Source of the DNA: Thermodesulfobacteriota bacterium
GTDB taxonomy: Bacteria; Desulfobacterota; Desulfobacteria; Desulfobacterales; SURF-7
DNA: 64,000 nt
Assembly: GCA_049320885.1 (NCBI GenBank)
Contig: JBMORA010000009.1
Span: 96,001-160,000 of the forward strand
Direction: 5' to 3'
Shown: positions 28,052 to 40,787 of the stretch, piece by piece
Position numbering within the stretch: the first letter of the stretch is position 1
How the letters are laid out: the number at the start of each line of letters is the position of its first letter
Notes under the pieces: model-generated
The model's input: the letters and a program-made list of their open reading frames with translations, nothing else
Database searches by the model: none
What the model was told of the DNA's origin: nothing
Position numbers and translations under genes: made by a program

Positions 28052-28121
28052 TCGGAAAAGCAAGGTGGCTGGCCCGAAATGGACCATATAATTATTTTGT
28101 CCTGACATTCAAGGGGTTGCA

Positions 28122-28760
28122 ATGCATATCTCGGAAGGAGTGTTATCCGCGCCGGTCCTGATTGCCGGCGCGGCCATCACCGCCGCGGGCACTGCCGTGG
28201 GGTTGAAGCATCTCGATTACGACCGGATCGCCCAGGTCGGCATGCTGTCCGCCGCCTTTTTTGTCGCCTCCCTGATTCAGTTCAACATCGGGCCGGCGAG
28301 CGTCCATTTGGTCATGAACGGAATCGTGGGGCTGATGCTCGGCTGGGCGGCTTTCCCGGCCATACTCGTGGCGCTTGTTCTGCAGGCCTTTTTTTTTCAA
28401 TTCGGCGGAATTACGGCCCTGGGCGTCAATACGGTCAACATGGCGCTTCCCCCGGTGATCTGTTACTATGTCTTCCGGGGCTTGATTTGGAAAACCCGGC
28501 CGGTGGCCGCCGCCGCCGCCTTTGCTTGCGGATTTCTGTCGGTGGGCCTGTCGGCCCTTCTGTTGGGCCTGTCGCTTCTGTTCACGGAAGAAAATTTCCT
28601 TGAAGTCGCGGGGCTTATTATCACCGCCAATCTCCCGGTGATGACCATCGAGGGTGTGGTCACGGTATTTTGCGTGGGCTTTCTGAAAAAGGTCGATCCC
28701 TCCTTGCTGCCGGGGTTTGGAACAGCAGCGGCGGGCGGGAGTGGAAACGGCGCCGAATAA
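28122..28760 (+). CDS. cbiM: Co/Ni ECF transporter S component (CbiM/NikM)
   Basis: N-terminal metal-binding MHISEG; SVHL, QFGGITALGVN; multi-TM. Confidence 0.9.
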   Translation: MHISEGVLSAPVLIAGAAITAAGTAVGLKHLDYDRIAQVGMLSAAFFVASLIQFNIGPASVHLVMNGIVGLMLGWAAFPAILVALVLQAFFFQFGGITALGVNTVNMALPPVICYYVFRGLIWKTRPVAAAAAFACGFLSVGLSALLLGLSLLFTEENFLEVAGLIITANLPVMTIEGVVTVFCVGFLKKVDPSLLPGFGTAAAGGSGNGAE

Positions 28761-28779
28761 GGAGGACGGGATTTTGTCA

Positions 28780-29421
28780 ATGGATATACTGCAATCGATA
28801 CCAAAGCGATACCGCGCGGCGGCTGTCGTCATCATGATCGCCGCCATGGTTTTTTCCCCGGGCAGGGCCTCCGCGCATCGGGTAACCGTGTTTGCCTGGA
28901 TCGAAGGCAAGACGGTTCATACGGAAAGCAAGTTCAGCGGCGGCCGCGCCCCGAAAGATTCCCTGGTGGAGGTTTTCGATCTTCAAGACCATAAGCTGCT
29001 GGAAGGCCGGACCGATGAAAACGGTGCCTTTTCCTTTACACCCCCCGAATGGAAGGCCATGAAAATTGTCCTGACAGCCGGGCAGGGGCACCGGGGCGAT
29101 TGGACATTCACCGAGCAGGATCTGCAGGCGGAAGGCGTTCTCCATACCCCGGCGAGCGTGCCGGCATCCCCGGCGGAGCCGCCATCGGCTATATCGGAAA
29201 ATGCCGACTCCGGGAGCGGCGGGGCCGGTGATAAAGAGAGTATCGAAGCCATTGTTGAGCGGGCCCTGGACAAAAAAATGGCCCCCCTGTTGCGGGAGCT
29301 TAAAAAACTGGAACAGGCCGGATCGGAACCGCGATTCAGGGATGTCATGGGGGGCATCGGCTACATTTTGGGCATCGTGGGGGTGGCGGCCTATTTCCGT
29401 TCCCGTCGCAAAGCAGGATAA
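28780..29421 (+). CDS. NikL/CbiL-like accessory membrane protein
   Basis: Signal peptide ending AHRVTVFA, GRTDENGAFSF, GH motif, C-terminal TM GGIGYILG. Confidence 0.72.
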   Translation: MDILQSIPKRYRAAAVVIMIAAMVFSPGRASAHRVTVFAWIEGKTVHTESKFSGGRAPKDSLVEVFDLQDHKLLEGRTDENGAFSFTPPEWKAMKIVLTAGQGHRGDWTFTEQDLQAEGVLHTPASVPASPAEPPSAISENADSGSGGAGDKESIEAIVERALDKKMAPLLRELKKLEQAGSEPRFRDVMGGIGYILGIVGVAAYFRSRRKAG

Positions 29422-29432
29422 GCGTATCAGCC

Positions 29433-30188
29433 ATGATTGAGGAACCTTTTGCCACCGGAAGGGGCTGGATTCACCGCCTGGATCCCACTGTGAAAATCAT
29501 CGCCGGGATGATATTGTCCATGGAAATCGCCGTGGCGGAGCGGTTTTCAACCCTGACCACCGCCGGCCTGCTTGCCGCCTTGCTCATTCTGACGGCAAGA
29601 CTGCCGCTTGCGCCTGTACTCAAACGGCTGTCGGTTCTGGCCGGATTCATGCTGCTCATGTGGGGGATCCTCCCGTTGACCTACGAGGGGGAACCGTTCC
29701 ATCAATACGGCCCGTTGATCTGGACCCGCCCCGGCATCATGTTGTCAACCCGGATCACCCTGAAATCCGTGACCATCCTCATGATTTTCATGGCCCTTCT
29801 ATCCACAATGCCCATTGCCGCCCTGGGACGCGGACTCAATCGTCTCCGTGTGCCGGACAAGCTGGTATTTCTGTTTCTGATGACCTACCGGTATATTTTC
29901 GTCATGGAGGATGAATACCGTCGCCTGGCCAGGGCCGCCAAGATCAGGGGGTTCCGGCCCGGAACCAACCTGCATTCCTATCAAACCTATGCCTATCTGA
30001 TCGGCATGCTGTTCGTGCGCGCCAAACGAAGAGCCGACCGTGTTTATCAGGCCATGCGATGCCGTGGATTCAGCGGGAAATTCCATACCATTCAGACCCT
30101 GCAGTCGAATCCGGCCCTGCAGCTCATTTTTTCCGTCGCGATGCTATCCGCGGGGGTCCTGCTCGGCGGTGTCGAGTGGGTACTGTAA
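29433..30188 (+). CDS. cbiQ: ECF transmembrane T component
   Basis: IHRLDP, LRVPDKL, YRYIFV and AMRCRGF. Confidence 0.9.
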   Translation: MIEEPFATGRGWIHRLDPTVKIIAGMILSMEIAVAERFSTLTTAGLLAALLILTARLPLAPVLKRLSVLAGFMLLMWGILPLTYEGEPFHQYGPLIWTRPGIMLSTRITLKSVTILMIFMALLSTMPIAALGRGLNRLRVPDKLVFLFLMTYRYIFVMEDEYRRLARAAKIRGFRPGTNLHSYQTYAYLIGMLFVRAKRRADRVYQAMRCRGFSGKFHTIQTLQSNPALQLIFSVAMLSAGVLLGGVEWVL

Positions 30189-30413
30189 CCGGATACTTCG
30201 TGAGCCCTGGGAGCCAGCCGGTTTGCCGGTTCCACCACCGGCATGCGACAACGAGTGCCGGATGCGATCGCCTTTCACTTGATCTTGATCCGGTTCCGGC
30301 GTATAGACTGGCCGTAGCGGCGCGGTCTCGTGGTTCCGGCGGTTTCATGGCGCCTGCTGTGGTGATCTGGAAAAGGATCGGGATGCAGGCCATACGGAGG
30401 ATACGGTTGCGAC

Positions 30414-31142
30414 ATGGGTTCACACCAGCCCCTCATACAACTTGAAGGCATTTGTTATGGATATCCGGGCCAGGGGGAGGTCCTGAGCGGGCTGGATCTG
30501 TTCGTCCATCCCGGCGACCGGATCGGCCTGGTGGCGCCCAACGGCAGCGGGAAAACGACCCTGTTTCATATCATCATGGGGCTGCTGAAACCCTCCGCCG
30601 GCTCCATCACCTTGTTCGGCAATCCAATCAAACGGGAGCGGGATTTCGCGGAAATCCGCCACCGCATCGGCCTGCTGTTCCAGGATGCCGACGATCAGTT
30701 GTTCAGCCCCACCGTGCTGGAGGATGTGGCCTTCGGGCCGCTCAATATGGGCAAATCCAAGGAAGAGGCCATCGAGATTTCGTGCAAGACCCTTGAACGG
30801 TTAGGCTTGGGAGGTTTCGAGGACCGCATCACCTACAAGCTGTCCGGAGGGGAAAAACGCATGGTGGCCCTGGCGACCATCCTTGCCATGTCGCCGGCCG
30901 TTCTACTGCTGGACGAACCCACCAGCGGGCTGGACGACCAAACCAAGAACCGCTTGAAGGATATCCTGCTGTCCCTGGATCTCGCCTACATTCTCATATC
31001 CCATGAATTCGAATTCCTGGCGGCGACCACCCACAAAATTTTCACCATGGAAAGCGGACGGATTCTCACGGACCAGGAAATTCAGGTCCACCGCCACGAA
31101 CATGCCCACCTGCACGGCAAGCAGCCGCACCGGCATATGTAA
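30414..31142 (+). CDS. cbiO: ECF ATPase with His-rich tail
   Basis: PNGSGKTT, FQDADDQLF, LSGGEKR, LLDEPT; C-terminus HRHEHAHLHGKQPHRHM. Confidence 0.9.
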   Translation: MGSHQPLIQLEGICYGYPGQGEVLSGLDLFVHPGDRIGLVAPNGSGKTTLFHIIMGLLKPSAGSITLFGNPIKRERDFAEIRHRIGLLFQDADDQLFSPTVLEDVAFGPLNMGKSKEEAIEISCKTLERLGLGGFEDRITYKLSGGEKRMVALATILAMSPAVLLLDEPTSGLDDQTKNRLKDILLSLDLAYILISHEFEFLAATTHKIFTMESGRILTDQEIQVHRHEHAHLHGKQPHRHM

Positions 31143-31191
31143 CCGGCGGGAGCGGTTTTTTCCCCGCCGATGGGATCTTCCAGCCGGATGG

Positions 31192-32253
31192 TCATCGCTT
31201 CATTGTCTTTTTTGCTGTCTTGAGGAAGCGTCCGAAGGCCCTGTCCTTTTTTCGTTTTTCCAGGTAGGACATCTCGTAGTGTTCCGACTCTTTCCGGAGT
31301 TTCAAATAATTGAAATAGCGTTCTTCACTCAACTCGCCGCTGGTGATTGCGGAAAGAACGGCGCAGCCCGATTCATGCGTGTGGCTGCAATCGGCATAGC
31401 GGCAAGCCATGGAAAGAGCGATAATATCGTCAAACTCTTTGGCTACCCCTTCACTGGCGCCCAGCAGGCCTACTTCTCTCATTCCAGGGGTGTCAATGAT
31501 AACGCCTGTTTCAAGGACAAGGAGCTGTCGCCGCGCCGTCGTGTGGGTACCTTCCCCTGTTCCGCTGACAGCCTTGGTATCCAGATCGTCCCGCCCAAGC
31601 AGATGATTGATCAGGGTCGTCTTGCCGACTCCGGATGACCCGAGCAGGCAATAGGTTCGTCCGGGTAGGAATACCTGGCGAAATTCGTCAAAGCCGCTGC
31701 CGGTCAGGTTGCTGATCGCCATAACCCTGGCCGTGATGCCGGCCTGTCTGATCGCCGCAAGCTTCTGTTGCAGCTCGTCATGGGTGATCAGGTCTGTTTT
31801 GGTAAGAATGACAATCGGCTCAACATGGCCGTCAGCCGCCATCACCAAATACCGATTCAGCCTGGGCAAATTGAAGTCAAAATGACATGCCTGGACAATG
31901 AAAGCGATATCCATGTTGGCGGCGATCATCTGGTAGTCCACTTCCACGCCGGCACGTTTCCGGCGTAAGAATGTCCTTCGTGGAAAGACCCCATGGATGA
32001 TTGCGAAGGTGTCATCATTGTGATACCGCACGGTGACCCAGTCGCCGACACATGGCAGCTCGACCGGCGACTCAACATGGAAATGGAATTTTCCCGCCAG
32101 TTCGGCGGGAATCTCTTTGTGTTCATTCCGGATCATGTAGGAATTGCGGTCGACCGCCGATACGCGTGCAATGCCTTGATCCTCGTGGCGGATGGCATCG
32201 GCTCGGGCTTCAAACCAGTGGTCAAATCCGAGATCATTCAATTTCATGATCAT
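31192..32253 (-). CDS. rsgA: Ribosome small subunit-dependent GTPase A
   Basis: VGDWV, LTKTD, GSSGVGKTTLIN, HTT, DTPGMR and CRYADCSHTHESGC. Confidence 0.93.
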   Translation of the reverse strand: MIMKLNDLGFDHWFEARADAIRHEDQGIARVSAVDRNSYMIRNEHKEIPAELAGKFHFHVESPVELPCVGDWVTVRYHNDDTFAIIHGVFPRRTFLRRKRAGVEVDYQMIAANMDIAFIVQACHFDFNLPRLNRYLVMAADGHVEPIVILTKTDLITHDELQQKLAAIRQAGITARVMAISNLTGSGFDEFRQVFLPGRTYCLLGSSGVGKTTLINHLLGRDDLDTKAVSGTGEGTHTTARRQLLVLETGVIIDTPGMREVGLLGASEGVAKEFDDIIALSMACRYADCSHTHESGCAVLSAITSGELSEERYFNYLKLRKESEHYEMSYLEKRKKDRAFGRFLKTAKKTMKR

Positions 32254-32289
32254 TTGATTTCGAAAATCGGGACTCAAGTTGGAAAATAC

Positions 32290-32321
32290 AAAAAGGCCCG
32301 GAGGTTGATTTTCTCCGGGCC
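32290..32321 (-). terminator. Intrinsic terminator downstream of the tRNA pair
   Basis: GGCCCGGAG/CTCCGGGCC stem followed by T5 on the minus strand. Confidence 0.75.
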
Positions 32322-32334
32322 CTTGATGGTATGT

Positions 32335-32411
<77 letters not shown>

Positions 32412-32456
32412 GCATGGGAATGCCGCCGAAACAGGAAAACGGCAGCATCTGAAACA

Positions 32457-32532
32457 TGGTAGGCGGAACAGGGATTGAACCTGTGACCCTCGGCTTGTAA
32501 GGCCGATGCTCTCCCAGCTGAGCTACCCGCCC
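32457..32532 (-). tRNA. tRNA-Val (TAC)
   Basis: GGGCGGGTAGCTCAGCTGG...CCTTACAAG...GGTTCAATCC...CCA; 76 nt. Confidence 0.97.
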
Positions 32533-32574
32533 GCACAGTTGAACCCACCCTGTGTCCATCCAAAACGATTGCAA

Positions 32575-32603
32575 CCTCTACCAGGTAACCCCGGTGATGT
32601 CAA
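32575..32603 (-). promoter_or_regulatory. Putative promoter of tRNA-Val/tRNA-Asp
   Basis: Minus-strand TTGACA-17 bp-TAGAGG. Confidence 0.5.
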
Positions 32604-32618
32604 GCGAAAAGAAGCAAT

Positions 32619-35048
32619 TTAATTTTCGGCTCCGGCCTTTTCAAACATGAATTCAAACGGGTTGCCCACCTCCTGGAAAAGGGTTTCCCCTTCCTTCAGG
32701 ATCAGGGCATGTTCCAGCACCTCATCCATGTGTTCCACCGTGATAATTTTGATCTGTTTGGAAATGGCCGTCGGAATTTCCTTCAGATCCTTTTCATTTT
32801 CCTTGGGAATCAGGACGGTTTTAATTTCCCCGCGATGGGCCGCCAGTATTTTTTCCTTGAGCCCGCCGATGGGCAGCACCCTGCCGCGCAGGGTGATCTC
32901 CCCGGTCATGGCCACATCCCGCCGGACGGTCCGTTGGGTCAAGGCGGAAACGATGGCGGTGCACATGGAGATACCCGCCGAGGGGCCATCCTTGGGGATC
33001 GCCCCTTCGGGAACATGGATGTGGATATCGCACTGTTTATGGAATTCATGGTGGATGCCCAGGCGCTGGGCCCTGGAGCGCACATAGCTGACTGCCGCCC
33101 GGGCCGATTCCTTCATGACATCCCCCAGTTTTCCGGTGATGATCAGCTCCCCCTTGCCGGGCATGATGACGGTTTCGACCGTCAACAGATCCCCGCCCAC
33201 CTGGGTCCAGGCCAGACCGGTAACCAGACCGACCTGATCCTTCTCTTCCACCTGGCCGTGGCGGAATTTCGGCGGGCCCAGGTATTTGTTGATGGAGCCG
33301 GAGGTCACGCGGAATGCCCCCGCTTCGCCTTTTTTCACCATCACCTCCCGGGCGAGTTTGCGGCAGATGGCAGAAATCTCCCGCTCCAGATTGCGCACAC
33401 CGGCTTCGCGGGTATATTGCTGGATGATGGTGAAAACGGCGTTTTTGGAGAATTCCACCTCCTGTTTTTCCAGGCCGTTGGTCTGGATTTGTTTGGGAAC
33501 CAGAAACTCCTTGGCAATGTTGTATTTCTCGTATTCCGTGTACCCGGGAATGCGGATGATTTCCATCCGATCCTGCAACGGCAGGGGGATATCCGGCAGG
33601 GTGTTGGCCGTGGTGATGAAAAGAATGTCGGACAGGTCGTAATCCAGATCCAGATAGTGGTCATTGAAATTGTTGTTCTGCTCCGGATCCAGGACCTCCA
33701 GCAAGGCGGCGGAAGGGTCGCCCCGGAAATCCATGCTCATCTTGTCCACTTCGTCCAGGCAGAAAACCGGGTTGTTGACCCCGGCCTTTTTCAGCGACTG
33801 GATGATCTTGCCCGGCAAGGCGCCGATGTAGGTCCGGCGGTGCCCCCGGATTTCGGCTTCATCGCGAACGCCGCCCAGGGAAAGGCGGACGAATTTTCTT
33901 CCGGTGGCCCGGGCCACGGAGCGGGCCAGGGATGTCTTGCCGACGCCCGGAGGCCCGACAAAACATAGAATCGGGCCGCGGATTTTATTCACCAGGGATT
34001 GAACCGCCAGATATTCCAGGATGCGCTCCTTGGGCTTTTCCAGGCCGTAATGATCCTGGTTGAGGATTTCCTCGGCCTTTTGAATATCCTGGTGGATTTT
34101 ACTTTTTTCGAACCAGGGCAGGCTGATGATCCAGTCGATATAATTCCGCACCACGGTGGCTTCGGCCGACATGGGGGTCATCATTTTCAGCTTTTTGAAT
34201 TCATGGCGGACCTTGGTGGTGGCCTCCTTGGACATGCGTTTGCGTTTGATGCGCTTTTCCAGCTCTTTCAGCTCGTCAGCCTGGCCTTCGTCGGCTCCCA
34301 TCTCCTTTTTGATGGCCCGCATCTGTTCGCTGAGGTAATAATTCTTCTGGGTTTTCTCCATCTGGGTCTTGACGCGGCCCTTGATCCGCTGTTCGACGTT
34401 GTAAATCTCAATTTCCGCCTTGATCAGCTGCAGCAGGGTCGAAAGCCGGTTGCCGATGGAGACGTCCTCCAGCAACCGCTGTTTGTCCTGAATTTTGAAG
34501 GAAAAATGGGCGGCGATGGTGTCCGCCAGCTGGGACAGGTCGGAAATGGACGCCGCGTTGGAAATCAAGTCCTTGGAGATGCTTTTGTTGACATTGGCGT
34601 ATTCCTCGAAGCTTTTGAGGATGGCCCGTTTGAGGGCTTCGCCTTCCGCTTCCGATACCGTGGTTTCCGGAATGGAAGCAAGTTCGACCTGAAAGAATTG
34701 CTCGGCGGAAACATACCGGGCGATGCGGGCCCGGACCTTCCCTTCCACCAGGGCCTTGACGGTGCCGTCCGGAAGACGCAGCAGCTGCAGCACGTTTCCG
34801 ATGGTGCCGACTTTGTAGATATCTTTTTCCGTCGGATTGTCGATGTTGGCCTTGTTCTGGGTGGCCAGAAAAACACTTTTATCCCGGTTCATGGCATCGG
34901 TAAGCGCGTTGACCGATTTGGTCCTGCCCACAAAAAGGGGGGCGACCATATGCGGGAACACGACAATATCCCGCAGGGGAAGCAGGGGAAGCGTGATATG
35001 GGTCTCGTCGTGGTCGTCCTGTTTGAACAATTTGGGTATGTTGATCAT
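32619..35048 (-). CDS. lon: ATP-dependent Lon protease
   Basis: [28 protein letters not shown] and IGGLKEK; follows clpX; start placed at ATG 35048. Confidence 0.97.
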   Translation of the reverse strand: MINIPKLFKQDDHDETHITLPLLPLRDIVVFPHMVAPLFVGRTKSVNALTDAMNRDKSVFLATQNKANIDNPTEKDIYKVGTIGNVLQLLRLPDGTVKALVEGKVRARIARYVSAEQFFQVELASIPETTVSEAEGEALKRAILKSFEEYANVNKSISKDLISNAASISDLSQLADTIAAHFSFKIQDKQRLLEDVSIGNRLSTLLQLIKAEIEIYNVEQRIKGRVKTQMEKTQKNYYLSEQMRAIKKEMGADEGQADELKELEKRIKRKRMSKEATTKVRHEFKKLKMMTPMSAEATVVRNYIDWIISLPWFEKSKIHQDIQKAEEILNQDHYGLEKPKERILEYLAVQSLVNKIRGPILCFVGPPGVGKTSLARSVARATGRKFVRLSLGGVRDEAEIRGHRRTYIGALPGKIIQSLKKAGVNNPVFCLDEVDKMSMDFRGDPSAALLEVLDPEQNNNFNDHYLDLDYDLSDILFITTANTLPDIPLPLQDRMEIIRIPGYTEYEKYNIAKEFLVPKQIQTNGLEKQEVEFSKNAVFTIIQQYTREAGVRNLEREISAICRKLAREVMVKKGEAGAFRVTSGSINKYLGPPKFRHGQVEEKDQVGLVTGLAWTQVGGDLLTVETVIMPGKGELIITGKLGDVMKESARAAVSYVRSRAQRLGIHHEFHKQCDIHIHVPEGAIPKDGPSAGISMCTAIVSALTQRTVRRDVAMTGEITLRGRVLPIGGLKEKILAAHRGEIKTVLIPKENEKDLKEIPTAISKQIKIITVEHMDEVLEHALILKEGETLFQEVGNPFEFMFEKAGAEN

Positions 35049-35169
35049 AGCTGGCTCGATGTTTCCGCTCGGATGATTCCGGCTTTGAAGGGGGATTGGG
35101 GCGCGCCAAGTGTTCCACATCCCCATGCAACGTATGGTTCAGGGTGACCTGCCGAATTGGTTGCTGCGT

Positions 35170-36413
<1,244 letters not shown>

Positions 36414-36414
<1 letters not shown>

Positions 36415-37031
36415 TATTTGTCCTCCGCGCGTTCCAGTTTGTCCAAATCATCCCTATTGGTGATGACATGGTCGATGATGCCGAATTCCCTGGCTTCCTT
36501 CCCGGACATAAAAAAGTCCCTGTCCGTATCCACCTGAATCTGTTTGATGTCTCTTCCGGTATGAAAGGCCAGGATTTCGTTCAGCTTGTCCTTCATCCGG
36601 AGTATTTCCTTGGCCTGAATGGCGATATCGGATGCCTGGCCCTGGGCGCCGCCCATGGGCTGATGAACCATGATGCGTGAATTCGGCAGCGAGTAGCGTT
36701 TGCCTTTTTTCCCGGCGGCCAGCAGGAGCGCCGCCATGCTGGCTGCCTGTCCGATGCAAACGGTGGTGATATCCGGTTTGATGTATTGCATGGTGTCATA
36801 GATCGCCATGCCCGCCGTCACAATACCGCCGGGGCTGTTGATATAAAAGTTGATATCCTTGTCCGGATCCTCGGATTCCAGAAAAAGAAGCTGGGCGATG
36901 AGCAGATTGGCGATTTCATCCGTGATGGCGGTGCCGACAAAAAGAATTCTGTCTTTCAGAAGCCGGGAGTAAATATCGTATGCACGCTCTCCCTTGCTGG
37001 TTTGCTCAATTACCATGGGTATCAATGGCAC
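36414..37031 (-). CDS. clpP: ClpP protease subunit
   Basis: [23 protein letters not shown] and HQP; GTG start. Confidence 0.98.
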
Positions 37032-37043
37032 GTTGCTCTCTCC

Positions 37044-38369
37044 TTATTGTTCGGATGTTGCGGCGTCGCTTTTTTCCGGTTCAATTTCTTCGACCGTACT
37101 GTTTTCTATGATAAGCCTGATTGCCTTTTTTTCAAGTAGCGTGTGGGTAAAAAGCTCAAGCCTGTCCTGATGTTCCTGATAGTATTGCCGGATGGTTTCC
37201 AGCGGCTGGCGGAAGGTTTCGGCCATCTCCTGAAAACCGGCTTCTTTTTCCTCGTCGGACAGGACCATTTTCTCCTGTTCGACAATGGCCCCCAGGATCA
37301 GGTGGCGCCGCACCTGCTTTTCGGCGGTGCCCCGATAGCGTTCCGACAGCTTGGCTCTGTCCTGCCCGATCTGCTCCAGGGTGACGTTGCTGGCGGCGAG
37401 GGCCCTTTCCGTTTCTTCCAGAATACCGTCGAGTTCATATTGAATCAATGAATCCGGCACCTCGAAATCGGTTTTGGCGATCAGGGCTTCGAAGATCTGC
37501 TCATTCAATTCCTGCTCAACCCGTTTTTCATACCCCTGCCGCAGATTATCGGTGATTTTATCCCGTAATGCAACCAGCGATTCAAAATTTCCCATTTTTT
37601 TGGCAAAATCGTCGTCGATATTCGGCAGAACCTCCTCGCGGACTTCTTTCAGGGTCACCTGGAACTGGATGGTCCGGCCGGCAAGTTGTTTGTTCTGGTG
37701 GTCTTCCGGAAAATGGATATCGAACCGTTTTTCTTCCAAGGGATGCATGCCGATCAGTTGCCGGTCGAAATCCGCCGCGATGGCCCCTCTGCCGACCTTG
37801 AGATTGAAATTTTCGGTTTTCTGGGTTTCCTGATAGGGGTTGCCTTCATGGAACCCTTCGTAATCTATAATGATATAATCACCGTCGCGTACGGCCCGGG
37901 TTTCCTCGATCGGCTTGAGTTTCGCCATGTTCTTGCGGAGCATTTCAATCTGGGCGTCCACTTCCTGATCCGAAACCTGATAGCGGGACTTTTTCAATGT
38001 CAACCCCTTGAAATCAATAGCGCTGATTTCAGGACGGATTTCGATGGCGGCCTGATAGCGATAGGGTTCGCCGGCGGTGAGAATCGTCGGATCGATCTTC
38101 GGTTCTCCCACGAGCGCCAGGCTGTTCTCCTTGATGGCGGTAAAGAAGGATTCCTGGATGAGTTTGGATGTCACATCGGAATGCACATCCTTTTTAAACA
38201 TCCGCTCCAAAACCGACCGGGGGGTTTTCCCGGGCCTGAAGCCTTTGATTTTGGCTGTTTTTTGCAGCTGTTTGTAAGCGGCGTCGATTTCTTCGCTGAC
38301 CCGCTGCGCCGGGATTTCGATATGCAGGTTTTTTTTCACGCTGGTTTGATTTTCGACCCTTACTTGCAT
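37044..38369 (-). CDS. tig: Trigger factor
   Basis: GFRPGK ribosome-binding motif, FKBP domain, canonical tig-clpP-clpX order. Confidence 0.96.
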   Translation of the reverse strand: MQVRVENQTSVKKNLHIEIPAQRVSEEIDAAYKQLQKTAKIKGFRPGKTPRSVLERMFKKDVHSDVTSKLIQESFFTAIKENSLALVGEPKIDPTILTAGEPYRYQAAIEIRPEISAIDFKGLTLKKSRYQVSDQEVDAQIEMLRKNMAKLKPIEETRAVRDGDYIIIDYEGFHEGNPYQETQKTENFNLKVGRGAIAADFDRQLIGMHPLEEKRFDIHFPEDHQNKQLAGRTIQFQVTLKEVREEVLPNIDDDFAKKMGNFESLVALRDKITDNLRQGYEKRVEQELNEQIFEALIAKTDFEVPDSLIQYELDGILEETERALAASNVTLEQIGQDRAKLSERYRGTAEKQVRRHLILGAIVEQEKMVLSDEEKEAGFQEMAETFRQPLETIRQYYQEHQDRLELFTHTLLEKKAIRLIIENSTVEEIEPEKSDAATSEQ

Positions 38370-38488
38370 CACATTCCTCTCCAACTGGTGAAACTGCCGT
38401 GAACGGAATTCCATTCATCGGCATTTTCCTGATCTAACTGAATTAGATCCGATGATTAGACCTTCGATGAGACCTAAATGATTAATGA

Positions 38489-38575
38489 TGGTGCGAGAGG
38501 GGAGACTTGAACTCCCACTCTGTCTCCAGAGCTGGATCCTAAGTCCAGTGCGTCTACCAATTCCGCCACTCTCGC
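38489..38575 (-). tRNA. tRNA-Leu (TAG)
   Basis: GCGAGAGTGGCGGAATTGG...ACTTAGGAT, long variable arm, GTTCAAGTC...CCA; 87 nt. Confidence 0.96.
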
Positions 38576-38713
38576 ATCGCTCGTCGCACTCTTTGTTGTT
38601 TTGCTTCCCATGACAGGCGGTATCATTTTCCGTTCTTGACTTTTATGTAAAAAAATTCTTTTAATTATAAAGCTACAATAAATAGTACCGATCCCCACAG
38701 GTGTCAAGCGAAA

Positions 38714-39487
38714 TTGGAAAAGCGCCATCCTTTTGGAAACAGGAGCCAGATCTGGCCTAGCCTATTGAAAATCAGCGGGATTGTTCTGCCGCTGTTGATC
38801 TGCTGCGGGGTTTCATCCGCCCGGATCGATCATCCCCGGTTTCATCGGAAAATTGCACCGATTGTCATTATCGATCCAGGACACGGCGGGTACGATACCG
38901 GCAGTCGGGGCTCCGCGGGAACGTTGGAAAAGGAGGTCACCCTGGCATTGGCGCAGTTACTGGTCGCGGAGCTCAAGAACCGGTATCAGGTGATTCTGAC
39001 ACGTTCGGACGATTACTGGCTGGATCTCAACAGCCGCGCGGCCGAAGCCAACTATCAGGGAGGCGATCTGTTTTTAAGTCTGCATGCATCCGCCGGATTC
39101 GGCTTCACCGTAAAAGACCTGACGGTCAGCTATTATCAGACCGCATCCGGCAACGAGGCCCATCCGCCGGGAGACGGTGAGCCGCCGGTTGACACCAACG
39201 ACCCGCCCACCTGGGAAAACACCCAGCGCGCCCATTATCCGGAAAGCAAATCCCTGGGCATGGCTCTTCAGGAAAGTCTCGGCCGGATAGCCGGGGGGGC
39301 TGCCGTGAGGCTCCAGGGGCTGCCGCTGGCTATCCTCGCCGGTGTCGATATGCCGGCGGTCATTCTGGAAATCGCTTATCTGACCAATCCGGCCGAGGAA
39401 CTCAAGCTGATAGACGAACGCCATGCGGCCGCGCTGGCCCAGGCCATCGGCCAGGGGATCGATGCCTATTTTTCCAAAAAGCGGTAA
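38714..39487 (+). CDS. N-acetylmuramoyl-L-alanine amidase (Amidase_3)
   Basis: IDPGHGG, EKEVTL, FLSLHA and ILEIAYLTN; start uncertain. Confidence 0.88.
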   Translation: MEKRHPFGNRSQIWPSLLKISGIVLPLLICCGVSSARIDHPRFHRKIAPIVIIDPGHGGYDTGSRGSAGTLEKEVTLALAQLLVAELKNRYQVILTRSDDYWLDLNSRAAEANYQGGDLFLSLHASAGFGFTVKDLTVSYYQTASGNEAHPPGDGEPPVDTNDPPTWENTQRAHYPESKSLGMALQESLGRIAGGAAVRLQGLPLAILAGVDMPAVILEIAYLTNPAEELKLIDERHAAALAQAIGQGIDAYFSKKR

Positions 39488-39541
39488 CGGTCTTTATGGG
39501 CTTGCGAAAAGGGCTAATGCGTGATAGGAAAGGCCCAAAAT

Positions 39542-39619
<78 letters not shown>

Positions 39620-39737
39620 CAACGCCAAGGCGTTGCAGGCGATCCGCAAGACTTTTTCCGGGGACCCCGGATTTTCCCCCAGGACGGCCAGCCGAGGGCA
39701 TCAGAAGTCGAAGCCGCCGTTTAGATGGAGGCTTTCG

Positions 39738-40787
39738 TCAATTCCGCCCTTCTTCGATCCACTGCATCATCAGGTTGTAGCCCACCGACAGAACGATGGC
39801 CCCGGTGAACAGCCCGATCAGGCCGGAGAAGATCATCCCACCGATGGCGCCGAGGAAGATGACCAGCATGGGCACTTGGGAACCTTTTCCCATCAGCAGC
39901 GGTTTCAGTACATTGTCCGAGAGACCGATGATAACCAGCGCGAGTGTCCATAAAATAGCGGGCAGCAGCTCATTTGCCGAAAAGAGATAAATGATGGCGG
40001 GCAGCATTACAAGGAAGGAAGGCAATTGGATAATGGCCAAAAACATGACAGCAAAGGCCCAGAGTCCTGGAAAGGGAACATCCGCCAACACGAAAACCGT
40101 ACCGGCTGCAAGAAACTGAAAGAAGGCAACCCCGAGGATGCCCTTGGCGACATTTTTGACGGTCGCCCCGGCGACGGGGAGCATCTCCTCGCTGCGCTTT
40201 CCGGCGAGACGCTGGAGCAGTTTCCGCATAAAAGCCGCCGAAGTATCGGCCTTCGCAAGGAAGATGCCGGCAATGATCACCGCGACAAGAAACATGAAAA
40301 CGCCCCTGCCGAAACCGCCCAGCGGGGCGATAATATTCCTGCCCAGTTTCGACAGGGGTTCCCGGTAGGTAGTGATAACCGAACCCAGGCTCTCGGAGGC
40401 GCGCAACCATATTTCCGAAACGGGTTTCCCGATCAGGGGCCACCCGGCCACGGAGGGGTCGGGGGGAGGAATCACAATGGCATGGTCCCTGAACTGGATA
40501 ACGAGGTTTTGTATCCCCTCCAGCAGCGATTTGATGAGAAAGGCGGTCGGCAGCAGGAGGATGGCGAGGATCAGCAGGGTCAACAGAATGGCCACCAGGG
40601 TATTCCGGTTTCCCAGCCACGGTTTTACCTTCGTAAAGAGAGGGTGGAGGGTGACGGCAATAATGGCTCCCCAGATCACGGGTTCGAGAAAGGGGAGGAT
40701 GATCCCGATACACCAGGCGATGAGCGCGAAAAGGACAACGATCCGTAAAATGGTGTCGATCAAAGGGGTGTTAGCGGTTTGGTTCAT
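39738..40787 (-). CDS. AI-2E family transporter
   Basis: Multi-TM, SDNVLKP and GAIGGMIFSGLIGLFTG; AAGGAG RBS before ATG 40787. Confidence 0.88.
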   Translation of the reverse strand: MNQTANTPLIDTILRIVVLFALIAWCIGIILPFLEPVIWGAIIAVTLHPLFTKVKPWLGNRNTLVAILLTLLILAILLLPTAFLIKSLLEGIQNLVIQFRDHAIVIPPPDPSVAGWPLIGKPVSEIWLRASESLGSVITTYREPLSKLGRNIIAPLGGFGRGVFMFLVAVIIAGIFLAKADTSAAFMRKLLQRLAGKRSEEMLPVAGATVKNVAKGILGVAFFQFLAAGTVFVLADVPFPGLWAFAVMFLAIIQLPSFLVMLPAIIYLFSANELLPAILWTLALVIIGLSDNVLKPLLMGKGSQVPMLVIFLGAIGGMIFSGLIGLFTGAIVLSVGYNLMMQWIEEGRN

